From Gammaproteobacteria bacterium (GTDB taxonomy: Bacteria; Pseudomonadota; Gammaproteobacteria; Ga0077554; Ga007554): a DNA stretch of 64,000 nucleotides. Shown in pieces: positions 33,004-44,587 of the stretch. The notes beneath the pieces are model-generated. The model did no database searches, was not told the origin of the DNA, and worked only from the letters and a program-made list of their open reading frames with translations. Each line of letters opens with the position of its first letter. Position 1 is the stretch's first letter. A program made the position numbers and the translations under genes. The stretch is from assembly GCA_033717875.1 (NCBI GenBank), contig JADDKJ010000002.1:67280-131279 (forward strand). Reading direction: 5' to 3'.

Positions 33004-33137
33004 CTCGGCATTCATAGACAACATCGTGTTTCTATCGGATCAACGGTAAAAAATGATAACGCAAACCGCAATATCAGGTATGATTTTTGCGTTATTCAAA
33101 TTACAGGAAGATGTACGCCAATTTGAACATTGATGCA

Positions 33138-33620
33138 ATGGAACGCAATCCAACCGTAAACATCCGGCGAATTCTGGCCAGCCTGTGTTGCATCGCCTGC
33201 CTGTGGATGTCATTCGGACATACCACAGCTGGTGAAACACGGCACATGGTATTGGTTACCGGCGCGACATCCTATGTCCCTGCCCTGACACCCGCCGAGG
33301 TGCGCAAACTGTTTCTTGGCATCGTCGTCGTGAAGGATGGCCTGCGCATTGAACCGCTGATCAATCTCACCGATCCTCGCCTCCACCAGATGTTCTTGCA
33401 AAAAATAGTGTTCATGTCTTCCTACAATTATGAACACCACTTAGTGGCTCACTCACGCCAAGTAGGCGACCCCCTTCCCCAGGAATACACCGACCCCTGG
33501 CAACTGATCAGCGCCCTGCGCAGCCGGCCTGGCTCCGTCAGCTACATGTGGGCCAAGGACGCACAACCCAGAATGGGACTGAAGATAGTCCAGGAATTAT
33601 GGCCAAGCCAACAGGAATAG
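33138..33620 (+). CDS. Hypothetical secreted protein, possible partner of the downstream sensor GGDEF-EAL
   Basis: The signal-peptide-like start 'MERNPTVNIRRILASLCCIACLWMSFGHTTAG' is present. The gene overlaps the start of the next gene. No family was recognised. Confidence 0.4.
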   Translation: MERNPTVNIRRILASLCCIACLWMSFGHTTAGETRHMVLVTGATSYVPALTPAEVRKLFLGIVVVKDGLRIEPLINLTDPRLHQMFLQKIVFMSSYNYEHHLVAHSRQVGDPLPQEYTDPWQLISALRSRPGSVSYMWAKDAQPRMGLKIVQELWPSQQE

Positions 33621-35530
33621 CGGGCCTTTCACGGGGACTGGTCGGCCGCTTGATGGCGGGGGTGGTGATCATACACGTGATATTGATCCCCTTGCTGTTT
33701 GCCGGCGTGCTCTATATCGTCAAGCAAGGCTATCAGTCGCTGTTCATCAATCAAGCACGCGCCGGCTCCCATCTGCTCGCCGTGCTGGCGGGACGGGACC
33801 CACGCCCGGCGCAGCTGCAGACCCTGTTTGAAGAAGTGATGTTGAGCGGCAGTGTGGTTTCCCTCGCCGCACTGGACACGTCAAACAAGGTTATTGCCAG
33901 CGCCGGCCAGCTGGACATAGAAGAAAATTTTCAGGAAGATTTCTTCTTCGGCGAATACGGCGACTCGGTCTATCATGTCTCTGTCCCGATATATGACAAC
34001 GGCGGCACACTGCTCGGCACGCTGCGGCTGGGATACGATGAAACCCCCACCCAGGAGCAGATCGCCAGCACGGAGACGAGGGGAATATATCTTGGCATAG
34101 GCTATATTTCACTGACCCTGTTCCTGGTCATTCTCGGCAGCAAAACTCTCAACCTGATGCGCAAAAAGCTGGTGACTCAGGCCCATGCGCTCGAACACCA
34201 AGCCCTGCACGACACCCTTACTGGCCTGCCCAACCGCGCCTTGCTGCAGGATCGGTTGCAACAGGTGATACTTGGCAGCCAGCGTGAACGCGCCCCTTTT
34301 GCGCTGTTTCTGATGGACCTCGACCGCTTCAAGGAAGTCAACGACACGTTGGGACACCAGGCGGGCGATACCATTCTTGAACAAACCGCTGCGCGTCTGC
34401 GCGAGGTGATCCGTGAGTCCGATACCGTGGCGCGGCTGGGGGGCGACGAATTCGCCGTGGTGTTACCCAAGGTCGATGCCGATGACGCGGTTTTGATCGC
34501 GGAAAAACTGCTCAAGGCCCTGTACGAACCTTTCGTTGTCGATGCACGGCCCCTGCCGCTCGGCGCGAGTATCGGCATCGCCCTGTTCCCGGAGCACGGC
34601 GAAGATGCCAGCACCCTGCTGCGCCGCGCCGATGTGGCGATGTACGCCGCCAAACATGGCGGCGGCGGCCTGACCATCTATGACGCCGATCTGGACAAAC
34701 ACAGCGTGGACCGGCTGACGCTGACCACGGAATTGAAACAGGGTCTCGAACGCGATGAGATCGAGGTGTTTTATCAGCCCAAGGTCGATTTGCACAGCGG
34801 CGAGATTTGCGGCGTCGAAGCCTTGGCGCGCTGGCGCCATCCCGAGCGCGGGCTGATCCTGCCCGCCGATTTCATCCCGCTCGCCGAGCGCGCGGGCATC
34901 ATCAATGCCCTGACGCTGCGCATCATCGAAATCAGCACGCAGCACTGCAAGGATTTGTCGGACAAAAAGGGGTGCATCAATATCGCCATCAATCTTTCGC
35001 CTCTGAGCCTGCTGGATAGCAAATTCGCCGATAAGGTCGAGAATATCCTGCGCCATCGCGCATTCCCCCCCTGCACCCTGATTCTGGAAGTGACCGAAAG
35101 CACGATCATGGCCGACACACCCCAGACACAGGAGACCTTTGCCCGGCTGGCCGCCATGGGCATAAAAATCTCGATCGACGATTTCGGCACAGGATATTCG
35201 TCGCTAATGCGCCTTAAAAAACTGCCGGTATCGGAGGTCAAGATCGATAAGTCGTTCGTCATCGACATGCTGCATGACGACAACGATGCCGCGATCGTGC
35301 GCGCCACCATCGATCTGGCGCACAACCTCGGGCTGAAGGTGGTCGCGGAGGGGGTGGAAACACAAGGGCACCTGGATGCACTCCATGCCTTCGGCTGCGA
35401 CATGGCGCAAGGCTATCACATCGAGCGGCCGCTGCCGCCCCTGGAAATTCAACACCTGCTGGCAACGAAGAAAAGAATCGCCGCTGTGAAGGAAGAAAGC
35501 GATGGGAAACCGCTGTTCAGCGGGTTATAA
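33599..35530 (+). CDS. Membrane sensor GGDEF-EAL protein (2 TM flanking a periplasmic domain)
   Basis: TM1 'LMAGVVIIHVILIPLLFAGVLYIV', a periplasmic region, TM2 'IYLGIGYISLTLFLVILG', then GGDEF 'RLGGDEF' and EAL 'EVTESTIM...DDFGTGYSSLMRL'. Confidence 0.85.
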   Translation: MAKPTGIAGLSRGLVGRLMAGVVIIHVILIPLLFAGVLYIVKQGYQSLFINQARAGSHLLAVLAGRDPRPAQLQTLFEEVMLSGSVVSLAALDTSNKVIASAGQLDIEENFQEDFFFGEYGDSVYHVSVPIYDNGGTLLGTLRLGYDETPTQEQIASTETRGIYLGIGYISLTLFLVILGSKTLNLMRKKLVTQAHALEHQALHDTLTGLPNRALLQDRLQQVILGSQRERAPFALFLMDLDRFKEVNDTLGHQAGDTILEQTAARLREVIRESDTVARLGGDEFAVVLPKVDADDAVLIAEKLLKALYEPFVVDARPLPLGASIGIALFPEHGEDASTLLRRADVAMYAAKHGGGGLTIYDADLDKHSVDRLTLTTELKQGLERDEIEVFYQPKVDLHSGEICGVEALARWRHPERGLILPADFIPLAERAGIINALTLRIIEISTQHCKDLSDKKGCINIAINLSPLSLLDSKFADKVENILRHRAFPPCTLILEVTESTIMADTPQTQETFARLAAMGIKISIDDFGTGYSSLMRLKKLPVSEVKIDKSFVIDMLHDDNDAAIVRATIDLAHNLGLKVVAEGVETQGHLDALHAFGCDMAQGYHIERPLPPLEIQHLLATKKRIAAVKEESDGKPLFSGL

Positions 35531-36650
<1,120 letters not shown>

Positions 36651-36756
36651 TTACCTCGAAATACCAAGCATACTGGCCGCGAGAGAACGCGGGATTAGAA
36701 AGGACGAGAAAAGTTTCCCTGCCTCCACCAGCGGAAGACAGGGAAACCAGCACTAC

Positions 36757-38217
36757 TTACTTCTTCTTGCCGGCCTTCTTGGCGACAACCTTCTTCTTGG
36801 GCGCCACCTTGACCTTGGCGGCAGGCGCGGCTTTCTTCACCGCTGCCTTCTTGAGCGCGGCCTTGGGCATCGCCTTCTTCATCGCCCCTTTCTTGGGTGC
36901 GGCTTTTGCTATTGCTTTTTTCGCAATCGCCTTCTTCGGAGCAACCTTCTTGGCGGGTGCCTTCTTGGCGATCATCTTCTTGACGGGCGCCTTCTTCGCC
37001 GCCGTCTTCTTTGCTACCGCCTTCTTCGCTACCGCTTTTTTCGCCGGGGCTTTCTTGGCCGGAGCCTTCTTCGCCACCGCCTTCTTCAAGGTAGCAGCCA
37101 ATGCCTTGGCGGTCTTGGCCACTTTCTTCTGCGCGAACTTCGCTGTCTTGGCGACGGCCTTGGCCTCTTTCTTGACTGTGGCGGCGGCCTTGGTGGCGGC
37201 CTTGACGACTTTCTTCTCGACCTTCACGGCAGCCTTCTTGACGACAACGGCTTCCTTCTTGGCCACGGCGACAGCCTTGGCAGCGGCTTTGACCACTTTC
37301 TTCTCGGCCTTCACCACAGCCTTCTTAGCGACGACAACCTCTTTCCTGGCGGTGGCAACCGCTTTGGTGGCGGCGGCAGCGGCCTTTTTCTCAACATTCT
37401 GGACAGCTTTCACAGCGGCTTTAACCTCTTTTTTGACAGTGGCAACAACTTCCCTGGCGGCAGGAGCCGCTTTCTTCTCCGGGGCTTTTTGGGGCGCCGC
37501 CGCGGGAGCAACCGCCGGTTTCTTCACGGCAGGCTTGGCGGCAACAGCGGGTTTCGGCACCGGCGCGGGCATCGGCTCGCTGATGATTTTTTGGATCGCG
37601 GCGAAGATGTCCTTGATTTCCCCCACGCCCTGCACGGTGCACAGCTTGCCCTGATTACGGTAGTACGCCACCACCGGGGCGGTCTGGGCCTCATAAACCC
37701 GCAGACGGTTGCTGATGGTCTCCTCGTTGTCATCGGCGCGGTGACGCAGATTGCCGCCGCATTTGTCGCAGCGTTCGTCGAGCTTGGAGGGAGAAGTGTA
37801 GATGTTATAGGTCTGCCCGCAGGATTCGCAGGTGCGGCGCCCCGTGAGGCGCTGCAACAGAATCTCGAAATCGACGTCAATCAGCAGCCCGATCTCCAGC
37901 GGCTGCCGGACCTTTTCCAGCATGGCATCCAATGCCTCGGCCTGCGGAATGTTGCGCGGAAAACCATCGAGGATGAATCCTTTCTTGGCATCGGGCTGTC
38001 CCAGCCGTTCCTCGATCATGCCCAGGACGATCTCATCCGACACCAGTTGTCCGGCATCCATCGCGGCCTTGGCTTGCAACCCCAGCGGCGTTCCCGCCGC
38101 CACCGCGGCGCGCAACAGATCGCCGGTGGAGATTTGCGGAATATGATGTTTTTCGACGAGCAGCTTGGCTTGCGTGCCTTTTCCCGAACCAGGCGCTCCT
38201 AAAAGTACAATTCTCAT
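36757..38217 (-). CDS. adk: Adenylate kinase (with zinc-binding LID) fused to a ~270-aa Lys/Ala-rich histone H1-like C-terminal tail
   Basis: The N-terminal 215 aa are canonical Adk (P-loop 'GAPGSGKGTQ', LID 'CESCGQTY...CDKCGG'). The same frame then continues without a stop through 'PAVAAKPAVKKPAVA...' and tandem KKAVVKAEKKVVKAA and AKKAPAKKA repeats to 'KKAGKKK'. Confidence 0.75.
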   Translation of the reverse strand: MRIVLLGAPGSGKGTQAKLLVEKHHIPQISTGDLLRAAVAAGTPLGLQAKAAMDAGQLVSDEIVLGMIEERLGQPDAKKGFILDGFPRNIPQAEALDAMLEKVRQPLEIGLLIDVDFEILLQRLTGRRTCESCGQTYNIYTSPSKLDERCDKCGGNLRHRADDNEETISNRLRVYEAQTAPVVAYYRNQGKLCTVQGVGEIKDIFAAIQKIISEPMPAPVPKPAVAAKPAVKKPAVAPAAAPQKAPEKKAAPAAREVVATVKKEVKAAVKAVQNVEKKAAAAATKAVATARKEVVVAKKAVVKAEKKVVKAAAKAVAVAKKEAVVVKKAAVKVEKKVVKAATKAAATVKKEAKAVAKTAKFAQKKVAKTAKALAATLKKAVAKKAPAKKAPAKKAVAKKAVAKKTAAKKAPVKKMIAKKAPAKKVAPKKAIAKKAIAKAAPKKGAMKKAMPKAALKKAAVKKAAPAAKVKVAPKKKVVAKKAGKKK

Positions 38218-38543
38218 AGCGGCGTTTGCACTCCCTTTCTCTGGCTTATTGATTGTTGAATCGGTTCTCTACGTCAACAGCGCTTCAGCTTCTTGTTGCG
38301 CACATTTCAGCGTCACGCCTGCTTTGCCTTGTAAATCGAAAACTCAATTTTAAGAAAGAAGTTTTTTCGGCTTTTTTCCAGTTGCCTAAACTACTCTGAG
38401 TGATATGTTTAAGTCAATGAACTTTATGCAAGGAAATCACAATTTTCAACTAACGCTGCGCGTACAAGCGACATTGGTTTACCGTCGGCAGTGCCGGTAT
38501 AATGGCGGCTCCTGAATTTTCAACCACACGAGAGAAATCCGCC

Positions 38544-39071
38544 ATGAGCCTGCACAACATCAGCCCCGGACGCGACGTTCCCAACGACATCAACGTCATC
38601 ATCGAAATCCCCGCGCACAGCGGCCCGGTGAAATACGAAATCGACAAGGACAGCGGCGCGCTGTTCGTCGATCGCTTCATGGGCACCGCCATGTATTACC
38701 CCTGCAATTATGGCTACGTCCCCAACACGCTCTCCGAAGACGGCGATCCGGTGGATGTACTGGTCGTCACTCCGGTGCCGCTGATCAACGGTTCGGTGAT
38801 CCGCTGCCGCCCGGTCGGCATGCTGAAAATGACCGACGAATCCGGCATCGACGCCAAGGTGCTCGCCGTGCCGGTGGACAAGCTTTCGCCGCTCTACTCC
38901 AATGCGCAATCGCCGGAAGACATGCCGCAATCCCTGCTGGCGCAGATCGGCCACTTTTTCGAACACTACAAGGACCTCGAAAAGGGCAAGTGGGCCAAGG
39001 TGGAAGGCTGGGTGGGCCAAGCGGAAGCCAAGGCCGAAATCCTGGCGGCGCTGGCGCGTTTCAATAAATAG
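38544..39071 (+). CDS. ppa: Inorganic pyrophosphatase
   Basis: '[45 protein letters not shown]' is near-identical in pattern to family I Ppa. Confidence 0.95.
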   Translation: MSLHNISPGRDVPNDINVIIEIPAHSGPVKYEIDKDSGALFVDRFMGTAMYYPCNYGYVPNTLSEDGDPVDVLVVTPVPLINGSVIRCRPVGMLKMTDESGIDAKVLAVPVDKLSPLYSNAQSPEDMPQSLLAQIGHFFEHYKDLEKGKWAKVEGWVGQAEAKAEILAALARFNK

Positions 39072-39166
39072 CTTGCAGTGCGCATAAGCAAAACGCCTCG
39101 CACCGGATGTTTCGCATCCGGTGCGAGGCGGATCGCGCCCTGCGGGCTCTGCTCACCACTGCCTCC

Positions 39167-40054
39167 ATGAACCACCACACCCATCATCACCATATCCACA
39201 ACAATCTGACGTGGGCGCTGGTGTTCACCCTTGCCTTTGCCGCCGTCGAAGCAATGGCGGGATGGCAGGCGGGATCGCTGGCGCTGCTGGGCGATGCGGG
39301 GCACATGGTGACGGATGCCGCCGCGCTGGGGCTGGCCGCCTTCGCCGCCTGGATCGCCAAACGCCCGCCCTCGGTGCGCCACTCGTATGGCCTGGGCCGA
39401 GCCGAGATCATCGCCGCATTGGTCAATTCCCTCTTCATGCTGGGCATCGTGGCCGGCATCGTGATCGCCGCCATCCAGCGCCTGCAAGCGCCGCAACCGG
39501 TCGCCGGCGGGGTGGTGATGGGCGTGGCGGCGCTGGGCCTGGCGGTGAATGTCATCGTCGCGTGGATGCTGAGCCACGGCGAGGAAACGCTCAACACCCG
39601 TGCCGCCCTGCTGCACGTCCTGGGTGACCTGCTCGGCTCCGTGGCCGCCTTGATTGCCGGCGCGGTGATTTATTTCACCGGCTGGACCGCCATCGACCCG
39701 ATCCTGTCGCTGGTCATCTGCGCACTGATCCTGTTTTCCGGTTTCCGCCTGATGCGCGAAGCCCTGCATGTCCTGATGGAAGGCGTGCCCTCCTTTCTCG
39801 ACCTGCCGGAAATAGGCCGCGCCATGGCGGGGGTGCAAGGCGTCGCCTCGGTGCACGACCTTCATATCTGGGCGCTGTCATCGGGCACGGTGATGCTCTC
39901 GGCCCATGTGACTGTCCCGGATATGTCCCGATGGCAGACCATCCTCGCGGCGCAGCAAGAACTGCTCCACGAGCGCTACGGCATCGAACACATCACCCTG
40001 CAACCGGAACTCGCGGCGCAAGAAAAGGTGGTCCGGCTGATGCCAGACCGGTGA
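39167..40054 (+). CDS. Cation diffusion facilitator family metal efflux protein (CzcD/ZitB-like)
   Basis: His-rich N-terminus 'MNHHTHHHHIHNN', six TM helices, and a C-terminal cytoplasmic domain. Confidence 0.85.
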   Translation: MNHHTHHHHIHNNLTWALVFTLAFAAVEAMAGWQAGSLALLGDAGHMVTDAAALGLAAFAAWIAKRPPSVRHSYGLGRAEIIAALVNSLFMLGIVAGIVIAAIQRLQAPQPVAGGVVMGVAALGLAVNVIVAWMLSHGEETLNTRAALLHVLGDLLGSVAALIAGAVIYFTGWTAIDPILSLVICALILFSGFRLMREALHVLMEGVPSFLDLPEIGRAMAGVQGVASVHDLHIWALSSGTVMLSAHVTVPDMSRWQTILAAQQELLHERYGIEHITLQPELAAQEKVVRLMPDR

Positions 40055-40116
40055 TCTGTACGACCAGCCCATTTCCATGTTAATTTTGCATGTTTGGTTT
40101 CACTTTGCGTCCTGAT

Positions 40117-40947
40117 ATGCTGATCGACTTCACCAAAATGCACGGCCTGGGCAACGACTTCGTTGTCATCGACGCCATTTCCCAGCCCGTCTCGCTGACG
40201 GCGGATCAGATCCGCCGCATTGCGGACCGGCATTTTGGCGTCGGCTGCGACCAGGTGCTGCTGGTGGAAGCCGCGCGCGATGCGAACGCGGATTTCCGCT
40301 ATCGCATCTACAACGCCGACGGCGGCGAAGTGGAACAGTGCGGCAATGGCGCGCGCTGTTTCGCCCGCTTCGTGCTCGACCGCCATCTGACGGACAAGCA
40401 CGAGATCGCCGTGAAAACGGCCGGTGGCATCATCCACCCGCGCATCGAGGCCGACGGCCAGGTCACCGTCGACATGGGCGTGCCGCGCTTTGCCCCGGCG
40501 CAGATTCCCTTCGTGGCGGATGCCGAGACTGACGCCTACACACTGGAGGTGGCGGGACAACAGTTGACCATCGGCGCGGTGTCGATGGGCAATCCCCACG
40601 CCGTGCTGCTGGCCGATGACGTGACGACCGCGCCGGTAGCCGCATTGGGACCGCTGATCGAGAAGCACGCGCGGTTCCCGAACCGCGTCAACGTGGGGTT
40701 CATGCAGATTCTGGATCGCGGCCATATCCGGTTGCGCGTCTACGAGCGGGGCGCCGGGGAAACCCTGGCCTGCGGCACGGGCGCCTGCGCCGCCGTGGCG
40801 GTGGGCCGCAAGCGTGGCCTGCTCGACGAAGTGGTTCGTGTGGATTTGCCGGGCGGGATGCTGCTGATCCGCTGGCCAGGGGGAACCGCGCCGGTGTCGA
40901 TGACCGGCCCGGTCGCTTATGTATTCGAGGGAAACATGGAACTATGA
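40117..40947 (+). CDS. dapF: Diaminopimelate epimerase
   Basis: '[15 protein letters not shown]' and the catalytic 'GNGARC' and 'CGTGA' Cys motifs. Confidence 0.93.
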   Translation: MLIDFTKMHGLGNDFVVIDAISQPVSLTADQIRRIADRHFGVGCDQVLLVEAARDANADFRYRIYNADGGEVEQCGNGARCFARFVLDRHLTDKHEIAVKTAGGIIHPRIEADGQVTVDMGVPRFAPAQIPFVADAETDAYTLEVAGQQLTIGAVSMGNPHAVLLADDVTTAPVAALGPLIEKHARFPNRVNVGFMQILDRGHIRLRVYERGAGETLACGTGACAAVAVGRKRGLLDEVVRVDLPGGMLLIRWPGGTAPVSMTGPVAYVFEGNMEL

Positions 40948-41687
40948 GCACGCAACACAAACACGAGCAGGCGGATGTACCCGCCGCAACAGACGCCAGC
41001 GTCGCCCACTATCTGCGCGCCCACCCCGACTTTTTCTCCGCCCACCCCGAGGTGTTGACCGACATGGTGGTGCCTCATCCCAGCGGAGCGGCAATCTCCC
41101 TCATCGAGCGCCAGGTTGCCGCTTTGCGCGAGCAGAACCGCAAACTCAAGCGTCAGTTGCAAGAGCTGGTGCAGATCGCCCGCGACAACGACCGCCTCGG
41201 CGAGCGTATGCAGCGCCTGACCTTGGCCTTGATGGAGTGCACCAGCCTCGAAGAGGTATTCATCGCTCTGCACGATGGCCTGCGCAACGATTTCCACGCC
41301 GACGCCGTCGTGCTGCGCTTGATGGTCAAACCCGGACAACCGATCGGCCCAGGACAGATCGAAGCCCTGCCCGATGCCTTGTTCACCGATCCGGACGATC
41401 CCGCATGGGGTGCGTTCAGGGGTGTGTTGAAAGGCGCGAAACCCTTGTGCGGCGTGCTGAATGCCGTGCAACTCCATCATCTGTTTGGCGACGAGGCCGC
41501 CACGATAAGCTCGGCAGTGCTGATCCCACTGACGACGCCCGCCACTTCGGCCAGCCTGATGCCGTCGATCGGCCTGCTCGCGATAGGCAGCCATGATGCC
41601 GAACGCTTCCACGCCGGCATGGGAACACACTTCCTGGACCAGATGAGCGAACTGATCAGTTGCGCCATCCGGCCCTACCTGGCATAG
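40944..41687 (+). CDS. DUF484-family protein
   Basis: Conserved position between dapF and xerC. It has a GAF-like C-terminal region and overlaps the dapF stop. Confidence 0.7.
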   Translation: MSTQHKHEQADVPAATDASVAHYLRAHPDFFSAHPEVLTDMVVPHPSGAAISLIERQVAALREQNRKLKRQLQELVQIARDNDRLGERMQRLTLALMECTSLEEVFIALHDGLRNDFHADAVVLRLMVKPGQPIGPGQIEALPDALFTDPDDPAWGAFRGVLKGAKPLCGVLNAVQLHHLFGDEAATISSAVLIPLTTPATSASLMPSIGLLAIGSHDAERFHAGMGTHFLDQMSELISCAIRPYLA

Positions 41688-41696
41688 CGACCGGCC

Positions 41697-42620
41697 TTGG
41701 TGGCTCACGCCAACACCGGATGGATCGAAAAATTTCTCGCCCACCTGCGCGATGAACGCCGCTTATCGCCACTGACGGTGAAAAGTTACCGGCGCGACCT
41801 CGGCAAGGTCAGCGCCTGGTGCAGCCAGCAAGGAATCGAAGACTGGCCGTCCCTCACCAGCCACCACATCCGCGCCCTCACCGCCGCCCTGCACCGGGCC
41901 GGCCTGGAAGGGCGCAGCCTGCAACGCCTGTTATCGGCGCTGCGCTCGTTCTGCAACTATCTGATCGGCGAAAATGTCCTCGCACACAACCCCGCTGCCG
42001 CGGTGCGCGCACCGAAGTCGCCGCGCAAACTGCCAAAGACACTGGACGCCGACCAGATGAAACACCTGCTGGAAGCAGGCGAGCCGGGGCAAAATGAAGC
42101 CGTGCTGATGCTGCGTGATCGTGCCATCATGGAATTGATGTACTCCTCGGGCCTGCGCCTCGGCGAGCTGATCGGCCTTGATTACGGCGATATTGATCTT
42201 GATGAAGGCTTGGTGACCGTCACCGGCAAGGGCAACAAGACCCGCCGCGTGCCGGTCGGCCAGTACGCGCGCGCGGCGGTGCGGCGGTGGCTGCAAGCGC
42301 GCGCGATGCTGGCGTCGATGGATGAAACCGCGTTATTCGTCGGACACCGCGGCACCCGCCTCACGCCGCGCGCCGTGCAATCGAGGATGCGCGAATGGGC
42401 GATCAGGCATGGCGGCGAGACGCATCTCCACCCCCACATGCTGCGCCACTCCTTCGCCAGCCACCTGCTGGAATCCAGCGGTGATCTGCGCGCGGTGCAG
42501 GAACTGCTCGGCCACGCCAATCTTTCCACCACCCAGGTCTATACCCACCTCGATTTTCAGCACCTCGCCAGCGTGTACGACCGGGCCCATCCCCGGGCGA
42601 AAAAGCGGGACACTACGTAG
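41697..42620 (+). CDS. xerC: Tyrosine recombinase XerC
   Basis: N-terminal SAM-like domain 'LSPLTVKSYRRDL'. Catalytic residues R...HxxR...Y are present ('HMLRHSFASHLL', 'TQVYTHL'). Confidence 0.9.
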   Translation: MVAHANTGWIEKFLAHLRDERRLSPLTVKSYRRDLGKVSAWCSQQGIEDWPSLTSHHIRALTAALHRAGLEGRSLQRLLSALRSFCNYLIGENVLAHNPAAAVRAPKSPRKLPKTLDADQMKHLLEAGEPGQNEAVLMLRDRAIMELMYSSGLRLGELIGLDYGDIDLDEGLVTVTGKGNKTRRVPVGQYARAAVRRWLQARAMLASMDETALFVGHRGTRLTPRAVQSRMREWAIRHGGETHLHPHMLRHSFASHLLESSGDLRAVQELLGHANLSTTQVYTHLDFQHLASVYDRAHPRAKKRDTT

Positions 42621-42657
42621 GGTGCGCCGTGCGCACCCGACAGGCCCGTTCCCCGGA

Positions 42658-43068
42658 TCACTGCTCATACCCCCCGGCAATGTGATTGACGGTGATCTGG
42701 AGCATTTCGCGCCATTCCTTTTCGAGCTCGGGGTTGAATTGCGGATCCACTTCGGAGACCGCCTTGATGAAACTATCCAGCCAACAGGAATACAGCCCCG
42801 GATCGATATTGATCTTCTTCTTGCTGTGACTCTCACGGATCCTCGAAATCCCCCCCGATCCAACAGGATTGCCCTCGGCAAACATGATCGCCAGATTGAT
42901 ACCGTTTTTGAGCAGCGCCTTTTGCGCCTGCATGTCGGTCTTGACAAAGCGAGGCCGGATCGCCGGGTGACTGTCTAGAAATATCTCGTAAAACCGCTCG
43001 AACAAATCCTTGCCGGAATTGATGCAACGCCCCAAGCTGAGCTTGGTCTTGGTAAAGTCTTTCGCCAT
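42658..43068 (-). CDS. Globin-family protein (bacterial hemoglobin-like)
   Basis: 136 aa, all-helical pattern. 'FERFYEIFLDSHPAIRPRF' resembles the N-terminus of truncated/bacterial globins. Confidence 0.45.
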   Translation of the reverse strand: MAKDFTKTKLSLGRCINSGKDLFERFYEIFLDSHPAIRPRFVKTDMQAQKALLKNGINLAIMFAEGNPVGSGGISRIRESHSKKKINIDPGLYSCWLDSFIKAVSEVDPQFNPELEKEWREMLQITVNHIAGGYEQ

Positions 43069-43413
43069 TTTTCGTCCTCTTTTGCGCCATGCAATGCAAT
43101 AGATACCCGCGCCAACGCCGCAGGGTGTGCCGCGCGCACCTGCCTAATTTAGCGGCGCGATCAAGAAAAACCTGTGGAATTCTTGAGCCTTTTCTTGAAA
43201 CTCCGCACCCATAATTTTTAAATCATTTAAAAACAAAGACATAAAAAATACACCACCGCTCCGCGAAAACAACATAAAAACCCGCTAAAGCTTCACCGCC
43301 CACCCGCCGATAACCTAGACGAAGGTATGAGTCCTTCAGGATTTGTACAAATCTTTCATGAAGCGAGACGGCAGGAGCTATCTCCAGACGCTCAATTACT
43401 AAATGAGGAGATA

Positions 43414-44412
43414 ATGCATATGCGCAAGGCAATCAAAATCATCAGCTCTGCCGGTTCCGCCGCGCTCCTTCTTGCGGGAACGGCGATGGCCGCCCCGCCG
43501 ACGGGAGTAAGCTTCGACAATTGGGAAATCAGTGGCGGTAATGTCGATCTCATCGGCGCTGGCACTGGCAGCCCCTGCCCCGCCGGCTACACCTGCCAGG
43601 AACTCGCCAAGGGCACGGGCTTCCTGCAACAACAGATCACGGAAACCGCATCAGGCAAGAAATACTTCTGGACGGTGATCTCCGAAGGCGCCGACGGCGC
43701 CGCGAACCTGGCGGGCAGACCATTCGCCAGCGAGGATTTCGTTCAACTGGGAACGGGTGGCAGCAGCACACCTGGCCTGTACGCCAATCAGAGGATATCG
43801 GACGGCGCCGTTTCCCCCATCGGCACCGCCCAAGCCGCCGTGACCAATGGATTTTCGACCTCCACCCAGATCTCCACCGGATGGGCCGTCAATAACGTCG
43901 CCAACAGCACCGAAACGGTCATCAATCTTAATGTGTCCGATGCCGGCGTGGCCGCCGCCAACGACGAGTTCCTGTCGGCCTTCAATGTCAGCAGCGCCAC
44001 CCCCGCCGGCGGCGGCGCCAATGTGGTCAGCGCCCTGACCATCGACCAGGTGGCCTGGATCGGCGACACCACCGCCGCCGCGGCGCCCAGTGACAGACAG
44101 TACTTCTACACCAAGCTGGTCGCCTCCACCGCCGCTTCGCCCGTGGGCGGATTCACCTTTACACCGGGCGGCGCGAGCGCCGTAACGGTGCAAGGAACAC
44201 CGATCGATTGGGCTTTGGGCGACAAGATCCAGGTCGTCTGGGTAGGCCAGACCATCGGCGGCCTGGGCAGCTTCGGCGCCGAGAACCTGACCCAGGTAAC
44301 CGGAACGACTTTGGGAACGGTCAGCTCGTCCTCGACCACCGCCACAGGCCCCTGGGATTGGGCCGCCGGCGGAACATTGGCCACGCAATTTGGAACCGCG
44401 CCGACGTTCTGA
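43414..44412 (+). CDS. Secreted Gly/Ala/Thr-rich hypothetical protein
   Basis: Signal peptide 'MRKAIKIISSAGSAALLLAGTAMAAP' with SD 'gaggag' upstream. No family was recognised. Confidence 0.45.
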   Translation: MHMRKAIKIISSAGSAALLLAGTAMAAPPTGVSFDNWEISGGNVDLIGAGTGSPCPAGYTCQELAKGTGFLQQQITETASGKKYFWTVISEGADGAANLAGRPFASEDFVQLGTGGSSTPGLYANQRISDGAVSPIGTAQAAVTNGFSTSTQISTGWAVNNVANSTETVINLNVSDAGVAAANDEFLSAFNVSSATPAGGGANVVSALTIDQVAWIGDTTAAAAPSDRQYFYTKLVASTAASPVGGFTFTPGGASAVTVQGTPIDWALGDKIQVVWVGQTIGGLGSFGAENLTQVTGTTLGTVSSSSTTATGPWDWAAGGTLATQFGTAPTF

Positions 44413-44587
44413 TCGCTTTCCCCCTGCAAGGACCGGAAAAGAGAAGGGCATCCCCCCCTTCTCTTTTCTTTTTGGCAGAGGCAGCACGACCTTTACTTTC
44501 GTTATATGCCACACCATTTCGTGCGTGCGGCGCACACTACGCTCGCTCAACACAAGCGACTTACGAGCAAGGCGCCGTATTCATGGC

